A stretch of DNA of 32,000 nt, from assembly GCF_004296515.1 (NCBI RefSeq), contig NZ_AP018160.1, positions 90,001 through 122,000 of the forward strand. The letters are read 5' to 3'. This DNA is from Candidatus Saccharimonadota bacterium (GTDB lineage: Bacteria > Pseudomonadota > Gammaproteobacteria > Enterobacterales > Enterobacteriaceae). Made by a program: the position numbers and the translations under genes. The stretch's first letter is position 1. Every line of letters begins with the position of its first letter. This document shows positions 21,024 to 29,011 of this stretch, one piece after another. A model generated the notes under the pieces. That model was not told the DNA's origin, searched no databases, and saw only the letters and a program-made list of their open reading frames with translations.

Positions 21024-21068
21024 TTTTTATATTAAAAATAAATAAATATATTTTAAAGTTAAAATGTT

Positions 21069-21503
21069 ATGAAACTAAATAATATACATCCTTTAAAAAA
21101 TTCAAAATTTAAAAGAAAAAGAATATGTAGAGGTATAGGTTCTGGAAATGGTAAAACCGGAGGTAGAGGACATAAAGGACAAAAATCTAGATCTGGATAT
21201 AAAATAAATAAATTATTTCAAGGTGGTCAAACATCTATTTATAGAAGGTTACCTAAATTTGGTTTTAATAGAATTAAAAAAAATAAAATATTTGAATTGA
21301 AATTATCTAAACTTAATTTAATAAATGATATAAATATAAATATAAATATTTTAAAAGAAAAAAAACTTATAAAAAAGAATATTAATTTAATTAAGTTAAT
21401 ATTTGATTACAATATAAATAGAAAAATAATTTTAAAAAATATTTTATTTAGTAAAAATGTTTTAAAATCTATAGAAAACAATGGAGGATCAATAGAAATA
21501 TAA
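21069..21503 (+). CDS. rplO: 50S ribosomal protein L15
   Basis: 144 aa. [40 protein letters not shown] match L15. Same length as E. coli L15. Confidence 0.95.
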   Translation: MKLNNIHPLKNSKFKRKRICRGIGSGNGKTGGRGHKGQKSRSGYKINKLFQGGQTSIYRRLPKFGFNRIKKNKIFELKLSKLNLINDINININILKEKKLIKKNINLIKLIFDYNINRKIILKNILFSKNVLKSIENNGGSIEI

Positions 21504-21520
21504 ATATTTTATAAAATATA

Positions 21521-22840
21521 ATGAATAATTTTAATATATTTAAAATAAATGAAAATTTAATAGAATTAAAAAATAAAATTTTGATATTATTATTATATTT
21601 AATAATATTTAGAATCGGATCTTTTATACCTATTCCTAATATAAATACAAATATTATATTAAATAATATGTATAAAAAACAAGAAGGATATATTATAAAT
21701 ATGTTTAATTTATTTTCTGGTGGATCATTAAAAAGATTTTCTATATTTTCTTTAGGAATTATACCTTATATATCTTCTTCTATAATAATAGAAATATTAT
21801 GTGTAATTTTTGATTATTTTAAAGAATTAAAATCAAATAATGAAAATAAATATAAAATAAATAAATATATTTATTTATGTACATTGTTTTTATCTTTATT
21901 ACAATCATTTATTACTATTTTTAGTATACCTAATTTTTTTTACTTTAAAAATAATTCTAATAACGTTTTTAATTATAATAATATAATATTACAAATTATT
22001 AGTTTAACTACAGGAACAACATTTTTAATATGGTTAAGTAATAAAATAACATTAAATGGAATAGGTAATGGTACATCTATGATAATGTTTTCAGGAATTA
22101 TATCAGATATTCCAGAGAATATTATAAATATATTTAATCAAATAAAAAATGGTTATATAAGTATTTATTCATTTATATTTACAATTATTTTATTATTTTT
22201 AATAATTAATTTTATAGTTTTTATAGAATGTGCACAAAAAAAAATAATTATAAATTTTTATAAAAAATATAATTATAAAGAAGAAATATTGAATATACAA
22301 TATATATATCTTCCTATAAAAATAAATATTCTTGGAGTTACTCCTATAATATTTACATCAAGTTTTATGATATTATTATTATTATTAATAAATTATATTA
22401 AAAAAATACTAAAATATAATTTTTTATTAATAATTATAAATACTATTAATCCTAATACATTTATATATAATATTATATATATGTCTATTATATATTTATT
22501 TTGTAATATATATTCATTATTAATGTTTAATTGTAAAGATATTTCTAAAAATTTTAAAAAAATAGGTGCTTATATATATAAAATTAGACCAGGAAATCAA
22601 ACATGTATTTATATAGAAGAAATAATTAATAAATTATCTTTAATTAATTCATTTTATGTAAATATTATATTTTTAATACCTAATTTGATGAAAAATATAA
22701 TTAATTATCCAATTATATCAAATGGTACTTCTATATTAATAGTAACATCAGTTATATTAGATATAATATATAAAATGGAAGTTATAATAACTTCAAATAA
22801 ATATAATTTAATTTTAAAAAAAATAAATATAAAAAATTAG
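21521..22840 (+). CDS. secY: Protein translocase subunit SecY
   Basis: 439 aa, polytopic and hydrophobic. IFRIGSFIPIPNIN, LFSGGSLKRFSIFSLGIIPYISSSIIIEIL and GNGTSMIMFSGI match SecY. Position between rplO and rpmJ is canonical. Confidence 0.93.
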   Translation: MNNFNIFKINENLIELKNKILILLLYLIIFRIGSFIPIPNINTNIILNNMYKKQEGYIINMFNLFSGGSLKRFSIFSLGIIPYISSSIIIEILCVIFDYFKELKSNNENKYKINKYIYLCTLFLSLLQSFITIFSIPNFFYFKNNSNNVFNYNNIILQIISLTTGTTFLIWLSNKITLNGIGNGTSMIMFSGIISDIPENIINIFNQIKNGYISIYSFIFTIILLFLIINFIVFIECAQKKIIINFYKKYNYKEEILNIQYIYLPIKINILGVTPIIFTSSFMILLLLLINYIKKILKYNFLLIIINTINPNTFIYNIIYMSIIYLFCNIYSLLMFNCKDISKNFKKIGAYIYKIRPGNQTCIYIEEIINKLSLINSFYVNIIFLIPNLMKNIINYPIISNGTSILIVTSVILDIIYKMEVIITSNKYNLILKKINIKN

Positions 22841-22872
22841 TTAAATATAAATAAATATATATATACTTAAAT

Positions 22873-22986
22873 ATGAAAGTAAGAACTTCAGTAAAAATAA
22901 TTTGTAAAAATTGTAAATTATTAAAAAGAAAGAATGTAATAAGAATTTATTGTAAATATCCTAAACATAAACAAAGACAAGGATAA
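22873..22986 (+). CDS. rpmJ: 50S ribosomal protein L36 (not in the ORF track; 37 aa)
   Basis: My translation is [37 protein letters not shown], then TAA. It has the L36 consensus MKVR.SVK..C..C, with the CxxC...C....H zinc-ribbon ligands retained. The slot between secY and rpsM is canonical. Confidence 0.92.
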   Translation: MKVRTSVKIICKNCKLLKRKNVIRIYCKYPKHKQRQG

Positions 22987-22988
22987 TT

Positions 22989-23399
22989 ATGACAAGAATA
23001 GCAGGAGTTAATATTCCAAATAATAAATATATATATATATCATTAACTTATATATATGGTATAGGTTTTTCTTTATCTAAAAAAATATGTAAATGTTTAA
23101 ATATAAATTTAAATACAAAAGTATCTGACTTATCAAATCAAAATATAGAAGATATAAAAAAGGAATTAAATAAATATATTATAGAAAATGATTTGAAAAG
23201 AATAAATTATTTTAATATAAAAAAATTGATAGATTTAGGATCTTATAGAGGTATAAGACATAAAAAACATCTTCCTGTAAGAGGACAAAGAACTAGAACA
23301 AATGCTAAAACATGTAAAAAATATTTAAAAGATAAAATAATAAAAAATAAATTTATTAAAAGTAAGGTATTAAATGAAAAACAAAAAAAACGTAAGTAA
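22989..23399 (+). CDS. rpsM: 30S ribosomal protein S13 (C-terminus about 18 aa longer than E. coli)
   Basis: 136 aa. [15 protein letters not shown] and [25 protein letters not shown] match S13. AAGGA (22979-22983) lies 5 nt upstream. Confidence 0.96.
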   Translation: MTRIAGVNIPNNKYIYISLTYIYGIGFSLSKKICKCLNINLNTKVSDLSNQNIEDIKKELNKYIIENDLKRINYFNIKKLIDLGSYRGIRHKKHLPVRGQRTRTNAKTCKKYLKDKIIKNKFIKSKVLNEKQKKRK

Positions 23400-23763
23400 A
23401 AATAATAATATTCAAATATCAGAAGGTATTGCTTATATACATGTATCATTTAATAATACTATAATAACAATAACTGATTGTAATGGTAATGTTTTAAATT
23501 GGTGTACATCTGGTAGTTCTGGATTTAAAGGTTCTAAAAAATCTACACCATTTGCATCACAAATAACTTCTGAAAAATGTGTAGAAAAAGCAAAATCTAA
23601 TTTTGGAATAAAATATTTATCTATAAGAATATCTGGACCAGGTCCAGGAAGAGAATCAGCAATTAGAGCATTATATAATTCTGGTATACATATAACTAGT
23701 ATAATAGATATAACTCCTATACCACATAATGGTTGTAGGCCTCCAAAAAGAAGAAGAATATAA
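23374..23763 (+). CDS. rpsK: 30S ribosomal protein S11
   Basis: 129 aa. [46 protein letters not shown] and [18 protein letters not shown] match S11. Same length as E. coli S11. The start overlaps rpsM by 26 nt. Confidence 0.96.
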   Translation: MKNKKNVSKNNNIQISEGIAYIHVSFNNTIITITDCNGNVLNWCTSGSSGFKGSKKSTPFASQITSEKCVEKAKSNFGIKYLSIRISGPGPGRESAIRALYNSGIHITSIIDITPIPHNGCRPPKRRRI

Positions 23764-23767
23764 ATAT

Positions 23768-24388
23768 ATGTCTAAATATATAGGACCAAAATTAAAATTA
23801 AGTAGAAGAGATAATTTTGATTTATCATTAAAATCCGGATGTAAATTAATAGAATCAAAATGTAAATTTAATAAAATACCTGGAGAAAATTTTAGTAAAA
23901 AATATAAATATTCAGATTATGGTATAAGATTAAGAGAAAAACAAAAATTAAAAAGAATATATGGGATTTTAGAAAAACAATTTTTAAATTATTATAAAAA
24001 ATCTATTAATAAAAAAGAAAATACTGGTAACTATTTAATTAAATTATTAGAAAGTAGATTAGATAATATAGTATATAGAATGGGATTTGCATCAACAAGA
24101 AGAGAATCAAGACAAATAATAAATCATAAATTAGTATTAGTTAATGATAAAATAATTAATATTCCATCTTATCATGTTACTCCTAATACTATAATAAGAT
24201 TACATAAAAAATTATTAAATAATCCTAAAATTATATTTTCTATAAATTTATTCAAAAATAAAGAAAAATTAGATTGGATAAATGTTAATATAAATAATTT
24301 ATCTGGAGAATTTTTATATACACCTAATAGATTAGATATATTAAAAGATATAAATGAAAATTTAATTATTGAATTATATTCAAGATAA
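23768..24388 (+). CDS. rpsD: 30S ribosomal protein S4
   Basis: 206 aa from ATG 23768 (MSKYIGPKLKLSRR, versus E. coli MARYLGPKLKLSRR). YGIRLREKQKLKRIYGILEKQF and LESRLDNIVYRMGFASTRRESRQIINH also match. The ORF-track start at 23729 adds 13 residues overlapping rpsK and was rejected. Confidence 0.96.
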   Translation: MSKYIGPKLKLSRRDNFDLSLKSGCKLIESKCKFNKIPGENFSKKYKYSDYGIRLREKQKLKRIYGILEKQFLNYYKKSINKKENTGNYLIKLLESRLDNIVYRMGFASTRRESRQIINHKLVLVNDKIINIPSYHVTPNTIIRLHKKLLNNPKIIFSINLFKNKEKLDWINVNINNLSGEFLYTPNRLDILKDINENLIIELYSR

Positions 24389-24403
24389 ATAAATAGGGTA
24401 AAT

Positions 24404-25375
24404 ATGATTAAAAATTTATTAAAACCTAAGTTATATATAGAAAATATTGGTAATAACAAATCTAATATTATTATATATCCTTTAGAAAGAGGATTTGGTC
24501 ATACTATAGGTAATTCATTAAGAAGAGTATTACTATCTTATATACCTGGATTTGCTATAACAGAAGTTGAAATAGAAGGTATTATTCATGAATATGAAGG
24601 TAAAAAAGGAGTTAAAGAAGATATAGTTAATATATTATTAAATATAAAAGATTTATCTATAGGAATAATAAATGAAGATATAGATAGTGAATTATTAGTA
24701 ATAAATAAAAATGAAATAGGTCCTGTAACAGCAAATGATATTAAACCTAATAATAATATAAAAATATTTAATAAAGATCATATTATATGCAATATAACAA
24801 GTAATTTAATAAATTTAAATATTAATATGAAATTACAAAGAGGTATTGGATATAATCCATTTAATATTTTAAAAAAAAATAAAAATGATAATAATACTAT
24901 TATAGGTAAATTATTTATAGATGCTAATTTTAACCCTATTAAAAAAGTATCTTATAATATAGAAGCTACTAGAGTAGAAAATAAAACAGATTTAGATAAA
25001 TTAATTATATATTTAGAAACTAATGGATCAGTTGATTCTGAATATGTTATAAAAATGGCATCTAATATTTTAATAGATCAATTTAACGTTTTATTATTAA
25101 ATAATAAAGATGAATTAATTGTAAAAAATGAAACAAATAATTATACTAACTCTAATAAATTAGATGATAAAATTTTATTAAAATCAATAGATGATTTAGA
25201 ATTAACAATTAGATCCTTAAATTGTTTAAAATCAGAATCTATATTTTGTATAAAAGATTTAATTATAAAAAGTGAAGATGAATTATTAAAAATATCTAAT
25301 TTAGGTAAAAAATCTTTATCTGAAATAAAAAATATATTAAATACTTTAAATTTAAAATTAGGAACAAAAATTTAA
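24404..25375 (+). CDS. rpoA: DNA-directed RNA polymerase alpha subunit
   Basis: 323 aa. PLERGFGHTIGNSLRRVLLS, PGFAITEV and the C-terminal domain IDDLELTIRSLNCLKSE...NLGKKSLSEIK match alpha. Confidence 0.96.
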   Translation: MIKNLLKPKLYIENIGNNKSNIIIYPLERGFGHTIGNSLRRVLLSYIPGFAITEVEIEGIIHEYEGKKGVKEDIVNILLNIKDLSIGIINEDIDSELLVINKNEIGPVTANDIKPNNNIKIFNKDHIICNITSNLINLNINMKLQRGIGYNPFNILKKNKNDNNTIIGKLFIDANFNPIKKVSYNIEATRVENKTDLDKLIIYLETNGSVDSEYVIKMASNILIDQFNVLLLNNKDELIVKNETNNYTNSNKLDDKILLKSIDDLELTIRSLNCLKSESIFCIKDLIIKSEDELLKISNLGKKSLSEIKNILNTLNLKLGTKI

Positions 25376-25381
25376 TAAATT

Positions 25382-25750
25382 ATGAGACATAAAAAATTTG
25401 GTAGACATCTAAATATTACTAGAAGTCACTATAAATCAATGTTTTTAAATATGTGTAATTCTTTAATTGAAAATAAAATTATAAAAACAACTTTAGATAA
25501 AGCTAAAGAATTAAGACATATTATAGAACCTATAATAAATAGATCTAAAATTAATAATTTACATAATAGGAGAATAATTTTAAATAAATTAAAAAATAAA
25601 AAAAATGTATTTTTACTTTTTAATAAAATAGCTCCTTTATATATTAATAGATTAGGAGGATATACAAGAATAATAAAGATTAATAATAGAAAAGGAGATA
25701 ATTCTAAAATGTCTTTTATAGAATTAGTTGATAAAAATTTATTAATTTAA
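25382..25750 (+). CDS. rplQ: 50S ribosomal protein L17
   Basis: 122 aa. MRHKKFGRHLNITRSHYKSMFLNM, IIKTTLDKAKELRHIIEPII, GGYTRIIK, GDNSKMSFIELVD match L17. Confidence 0.96.
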   Translation: MRHKKFGRHLNITRSHYKSMFLNMCNSLIENKIIKTTLDKAKELRHIIEPIINRSKINNLHNRRIILNKLKNKKNVFLLFNKIAPLYINRLGGYTRIIKINNRKGDNSKMSFIELVDKNLLI

Positions 25751-26700
25751 TTTAATAAATTACCTATTTTAAATATTATATTATTTGAATTTATATAATT
25801 TTTTATATCTATTTTTTTTTTACTTGGAAATTGAATTACTTTTATCTGTATTATTCCTTCTTTTGTATTAACTCCCATACCGTCTTTATCTATATATAAA
25901 ATTTCCCCTATTTTATAAAGATTTTTTTTAGTTGTTAAAATTTCTGCTTCCCATAATTTTATATAAATATTTTCGTAATAAAAATACGAACCATATATAT
26001 AATTAGCTCTTATACAACGATCTATATTTATAGATGATAAATTCCAATTAATTTTTGTATCTATTTTTTTATTTATTTTTCTTGCATATTCATAATTATT
26101 ATTATTTATTTGTTTTATTTCATTAATTTTTTCATTATTTATATATTTATGTAATAAATATATAATAGATTCACAACTAATATCTATTAATTTTTTTTCT
26201 AAACTCACATAGTTTTCTTTTTCAGAAATTTTACATTTTTTTTGAAATATTATATTACCTGAATCTAATTTAGAATTTATCTTTATTATTGTTATTCCAG
26301 ATTCTTTTTCACCAGATATTATTTGCCAATATATTGGAAATGGACCTTTCCATTTAGGTAGTATAGAACAATGTATATTTATACATCCAAATTTTGGTAT
26401 ATTTATTATTGAATTTGGTATTAAATTTCCATAAGAAGCTATTATTATTAAATCTGGATTTGATTTTTTAATTATATTTATAATATTTTCATTTAAATTT
26501 CTTGATTGTAATATATTTATACCATTTTTAATTGAAAATAATTTAATTAAATTTATATAATTATTTTTATTAATTTTTAAATTATTATCTTTAGTTATTA
26601 TATATAAAAATAAAAATTTATTAAATTTACATATATTTTCTAGTATTGATAATGAAAAATATGATGACCCAAAAAATATTATTTTAAGTTTATTATTCAT
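25747..26700 (-). CDS. fmt: Methionyl-tRNA formyltransferase
   Basis: 317 aa. KIIFFGSSYFS, PDLIIIASYGNLIP and INIHCSILPKWKGPFPIYWQIISGEKESGITIIKINSKLDSGNII match E. coli Fmt [42 protein letters not shown]. It follows def as in the def-fmt operon. Confidence 0.92.
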   Translation of the reverse strand: MNNKLKIIFFGSSYFSLSILENICKFNKFLFLYIITKDNNLKINKNNYINLIKLFSIKNGINILQSRNLNENIINIIKKSNPDLIIIASYGNLIPNSIINIPKFGCINIHCSILPKWKGPFPIYWQIISGEKESGITIIKINSKLDSGNIIFQKKCKISEKENYVSLEKKLIDISCESIIYLLHKYINNEKINEIKQINNNNYEYARKINKKIDTKINWNLSSINIDRCIRANYIYGSYFYYENIYIKLWEAEILTTKKNLYKIGEILYIDKDGMGVNTKEGIIQIKVIQFPSKKKIDIKNYINSNNIIFKIGNLLN

Positions 26701-27184
26701 TTTTTATAAAAATATTATTTATTTTTTTAATATCTTTTTCTGATGCATATTTTATAAATAGTATGCCATTTAAATGATCTATTTCATGTTGTATACATAC
26801 TGATAGTAAATTATCGACTTCTAATGTATTAACTTCATTATTAATATTAGTAAATCTTATTAAAATTTCATTAAATCTTTTAGTTTTTAAAAAAATATTT
26901 GGAAATGATAAACATCCTTCTATAATTTCTATATTATTATTTTTATTTAAAATTATTGGATTAATTAAAATTAATGGATTATTTTTAGATTCAGATACAT
27001 CTATAACTATAATTCTTTTATTTATGTTAACTTGAGTTGCTGATAATCCTATACCTTTATTATAATACATAGTATCTATCATATCTGATATTATTTTTTT
27101 TATATTTAAATTTATATTTTTTACTAATTTAGCTACTTTATTTAAATTTTTATTTGGATAAATTAATATATTTAATATTGTCAT
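26693..27184 (-). CDS. def: Peptide deformylase
   Basis: 163 aa. All three deformylase motifs are present: GIGLSATQ, EGCLSFP and QHEIDHLNG. It overlaps the fmt start by 8 nt. Confidence 0.96.
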   Translation of the reverse strand: MTILNILIYPNKNLNKVAKLVKNINLNIKKIISDMIDTMYYNKGIGLSATQVNINKRIIVIDVSESKNNPLILINPIILNKNNNIEIIEGCLSFPNIFLKTKRFNEILIRFTNINNEVNTLEVDNLLSVCIQHEIDHLNGILFIKYASEKDIKKINNIFIKNE

Positions 27185-27276
27185 ATATTTATAATTTAAA
27201 TTATTATTATTTAATACATAATTATATTATATATGATATACTTTATTATATTAAATTAAATTTTTGTGAGCATATT
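27185..27276. promoter_or_regulatory. Divergent def / aroE intergenic region, presumed bidirectional promoter region
   Basis: This 92-bp spacer between divergently oriented genes must carry both start signals. A TGaTATACT extended -10-like motif at 27234-27242 (+) lies 35 nt upstream of the aroE ATG. ATTATA at 27221-27226 (TATAAT on the minus strand) lies 37 nt upstream of def. Both could be chance at this composition. Confidence 0.3.
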
Positions 27277-28110
27277 ATGAATGAATTTGTACTATTTGGA
27301 AATCCTGTTAAACATAGTAAATCATATATTATACATAAAATTTTTTCTAAACAAATTAATATTAACTATAAATATTATAATATTTGTGTAGAAAATAATG
27401 AATTTGAAAAAAAATTTTTTAATTTTTTTTCAAATAATGGTAATGGTGCTAATATAACAGTTCCATTTAAAGAGTATGTAGTAAAATATTGTAATTTATT
27501 AACTAATAGATCTTTAATTTCAAACTCAGTTAATGTTATAAAAAATAATAATGGAAATTTATTAGGTGATAATACTGATGGATTAGGTATTATTTTTGAT
27601 CTTAATAGACTAAATTTTATTAATAAAAATTATAATATTTTATTATTAGGAGCTGGAGGATCTGTAAAATCTATAATACCTAGTTTATATAATAAAGTTA
27701 AAAATATAAATATATTTAATAGAACTTATGAAAAAGCTTTAAATATAAAAAATTTTTTTAATAAAAAAAATATAAATAATATAAATGTTATAGACATAAA
27801 CTATCTATATATAAATAATAAATTTGATTTAATTATAAATGCTACTTCTAGCGGAATACATGGAAATATTCCTGAATTACCATCGTTCATAATAAATGAT
27901 AAAGTAAAATGTTATGATTTATTTTATGATTTAAATAAAGATACTCCATTCATATATTGGTGTAAATATAATGGATCTAAATTTAATTCTGATGGTTTAG
28001 GAATGTTAATAAGTCAAGCCGCATATTCTTGTTATATATGGTTTGGAATAATGCCTAATATATTATTAACAATTAAAAATATTAAAAATAATTTATTTAA
28101 TATTTTATAA
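27277..28110 (+). CDS. aroE: Shikimate 5-dehydrogenase
   Basis: 277 aa from ATG 27277. FGNPVKHSKS, GANITVPFKE, LLGDNTDGLG, LLLGAGGS, DLIINATSSGIHGNIPELP, DGLGMLISQAA track E. coli AroE end to end. The ORF-track start at 27154 adds 41 low-complexity residues overlapping def and was rejected. Confidence 0.93.
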   Translation: MNEFVLFGNPVKHSKSYIIHKIFSKQININYKYYNICVENNEFEKKFFNFFSNNGNGANITVPFKEYVVKYCNLLTNRSLISNSVNVIKNNNGNLLGDNTDGLGIIFDLNRLNFINKNYNILLLGAGGSVKSIIPSLYNKVKNINIFNRTYEKALNIKNFFNKKNINNINVIDINYLYINNKFDLIINATSSGIHGNIPELPSFIINDKVKCYDLFYDLNKDTPFIYWCKYNGSKFNSDGLGMLISQAAYSCYIWFGIMPNILLTIKNIKNNLFNIL

Positions 28111-28178
28111 ATATATATTTTTTTAAAAAATTGTTTATAAAATTAATAAATTTAATAAAAATGAGGTAATAAATAAAT

Positions 28179-29009
28179 ATGAATAACTCTATTATTCTAA
28201 ATAAAATAGTTAATTATAAACTTTTTTTATTTAATTATATTTATAGTATATTTTTATCTATATCTTTTTTACTTATTGGAGTAATTTTATCTAATTTAGT
28301 TTCTAAATTTTTAAATAAAATAATGGAATATAAAAATATAGATAAAACAGCTATAAATTTTGTATCTACTACTATAAAATATAGTGTAATTATATTATTT
28401 TCTATAATTTCTTTAAATAAAATCGGTGTAGAAACTACTTCAATAGTTACTATATTAGGAGCAGCAGGATTAGCTATTGGTTTAGCATTACAAAATTCAT
28501 TATCTAATTTTGCAGCTGGAATATTATTAGTAGGATTTAGACATTTTAAAATAAATGATTATATTGATATAGGAGGAGGTATATTAGGATTTATAGTTTC
28601 TGTACAATTATTTTCTACTACATTAAGAACTTTAGATGGCAAGATAGTTATTGTTCCTAATAGTAAAATTTTATCAGGAAATATAATAAATTTATCTTCA
28701 GAACCCTTAAAATTAATAAGTACATGTATTAATATAGATAGAAGTTCTGATATAAAATTAGCTAAATTATTAATACAAGATTCTTTTAAATATGAAAATA
28801 GAATATCTAAAAATCATCCAACTTTTATAATTATAAGTTCAATAACTTATACTTCTATAGAAATTACAATTAGATTTTGGACATCTAGAGAAAACTCTCA
28901 ATTTGTTATTTCAAATATATTAGAAATAGTAAATACTAAATTTAAAGAAAATAAAATATTTCCTCCTAGATATGTATTAAAAATAATAAATTTAAACAAT
29001 ATTAAATAA
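28179..29009 (+). CDS. mscS: Small-conductance mechanosensitive channel, MscS family
   Basis: 276 aa. LGAAGLAIGLALQNSLSNFAAGILLVGFRHFKINDYIDIGGGILGFIVSVQLFSTTLRTLDGKIVIVPNSKILSGNIINLS closely matches the E. coli MscS TM3/beta-domain region [80 protein letters not shown] (from memory). GAGGT lies 11 nt upstream. Confidence 0.9.
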   Translation: MNNSIILNKIVNYKLFLFNYIYSIFLSISFLLIGVILSNLVSKFLNKIMEYKNIDKTAINFVSTTIKYSVIILFSIISLNKIGVETTSIVTILGAAGLAIGLALQNSLSNFAAGILLVGFRHFKINDYIDIGGGILGFIVSVQLFSTTLRTLDGKIVIVPNSKILSGNIINLSSEPLKLISTCINIDRSSDIKLAKLLIQDSFKYENRISKNHPTFIIISSITYTSIEITIRFWTSRENSQFVISNILEIVNTKFKENKIFPPRYVLKIINLNNIK

Positions 29010-29011
29010 AT

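Noticed and set aside
23243-23449. 68-aa minus-strand ORF over the rpsM/rpsK overlap
   Set aside because: It is antisense to S13 and S11, and no motif is recognisable.
23729-23767. ORF-track N-terminal extension of rpsD ([13 protein letters not shown])
   Set aside because: It overlaps the rpsK 3' end. ATG 23768 yields MSKYIGPKLKLSRR, matching the universal S4 N-terminus and the E. coli length of 206 aa.
24172-24459. 95-aa minus-strand ORF over the rpsD/rpoA junction
   Set aside because: It is antisense to S4 and the alpha subunit, and is low-complexity.
27154-27276. ORF-track N-terminal extension of aroE (41 aa, Tyr/Ile/Leu-rich)
   Set aside because: It would overlap the def start on the opposite strand and consume the whole divergent promoter region. 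AroE homology begins exactly at ATG 27277 (MNEFVLFGNPVKHSKS).
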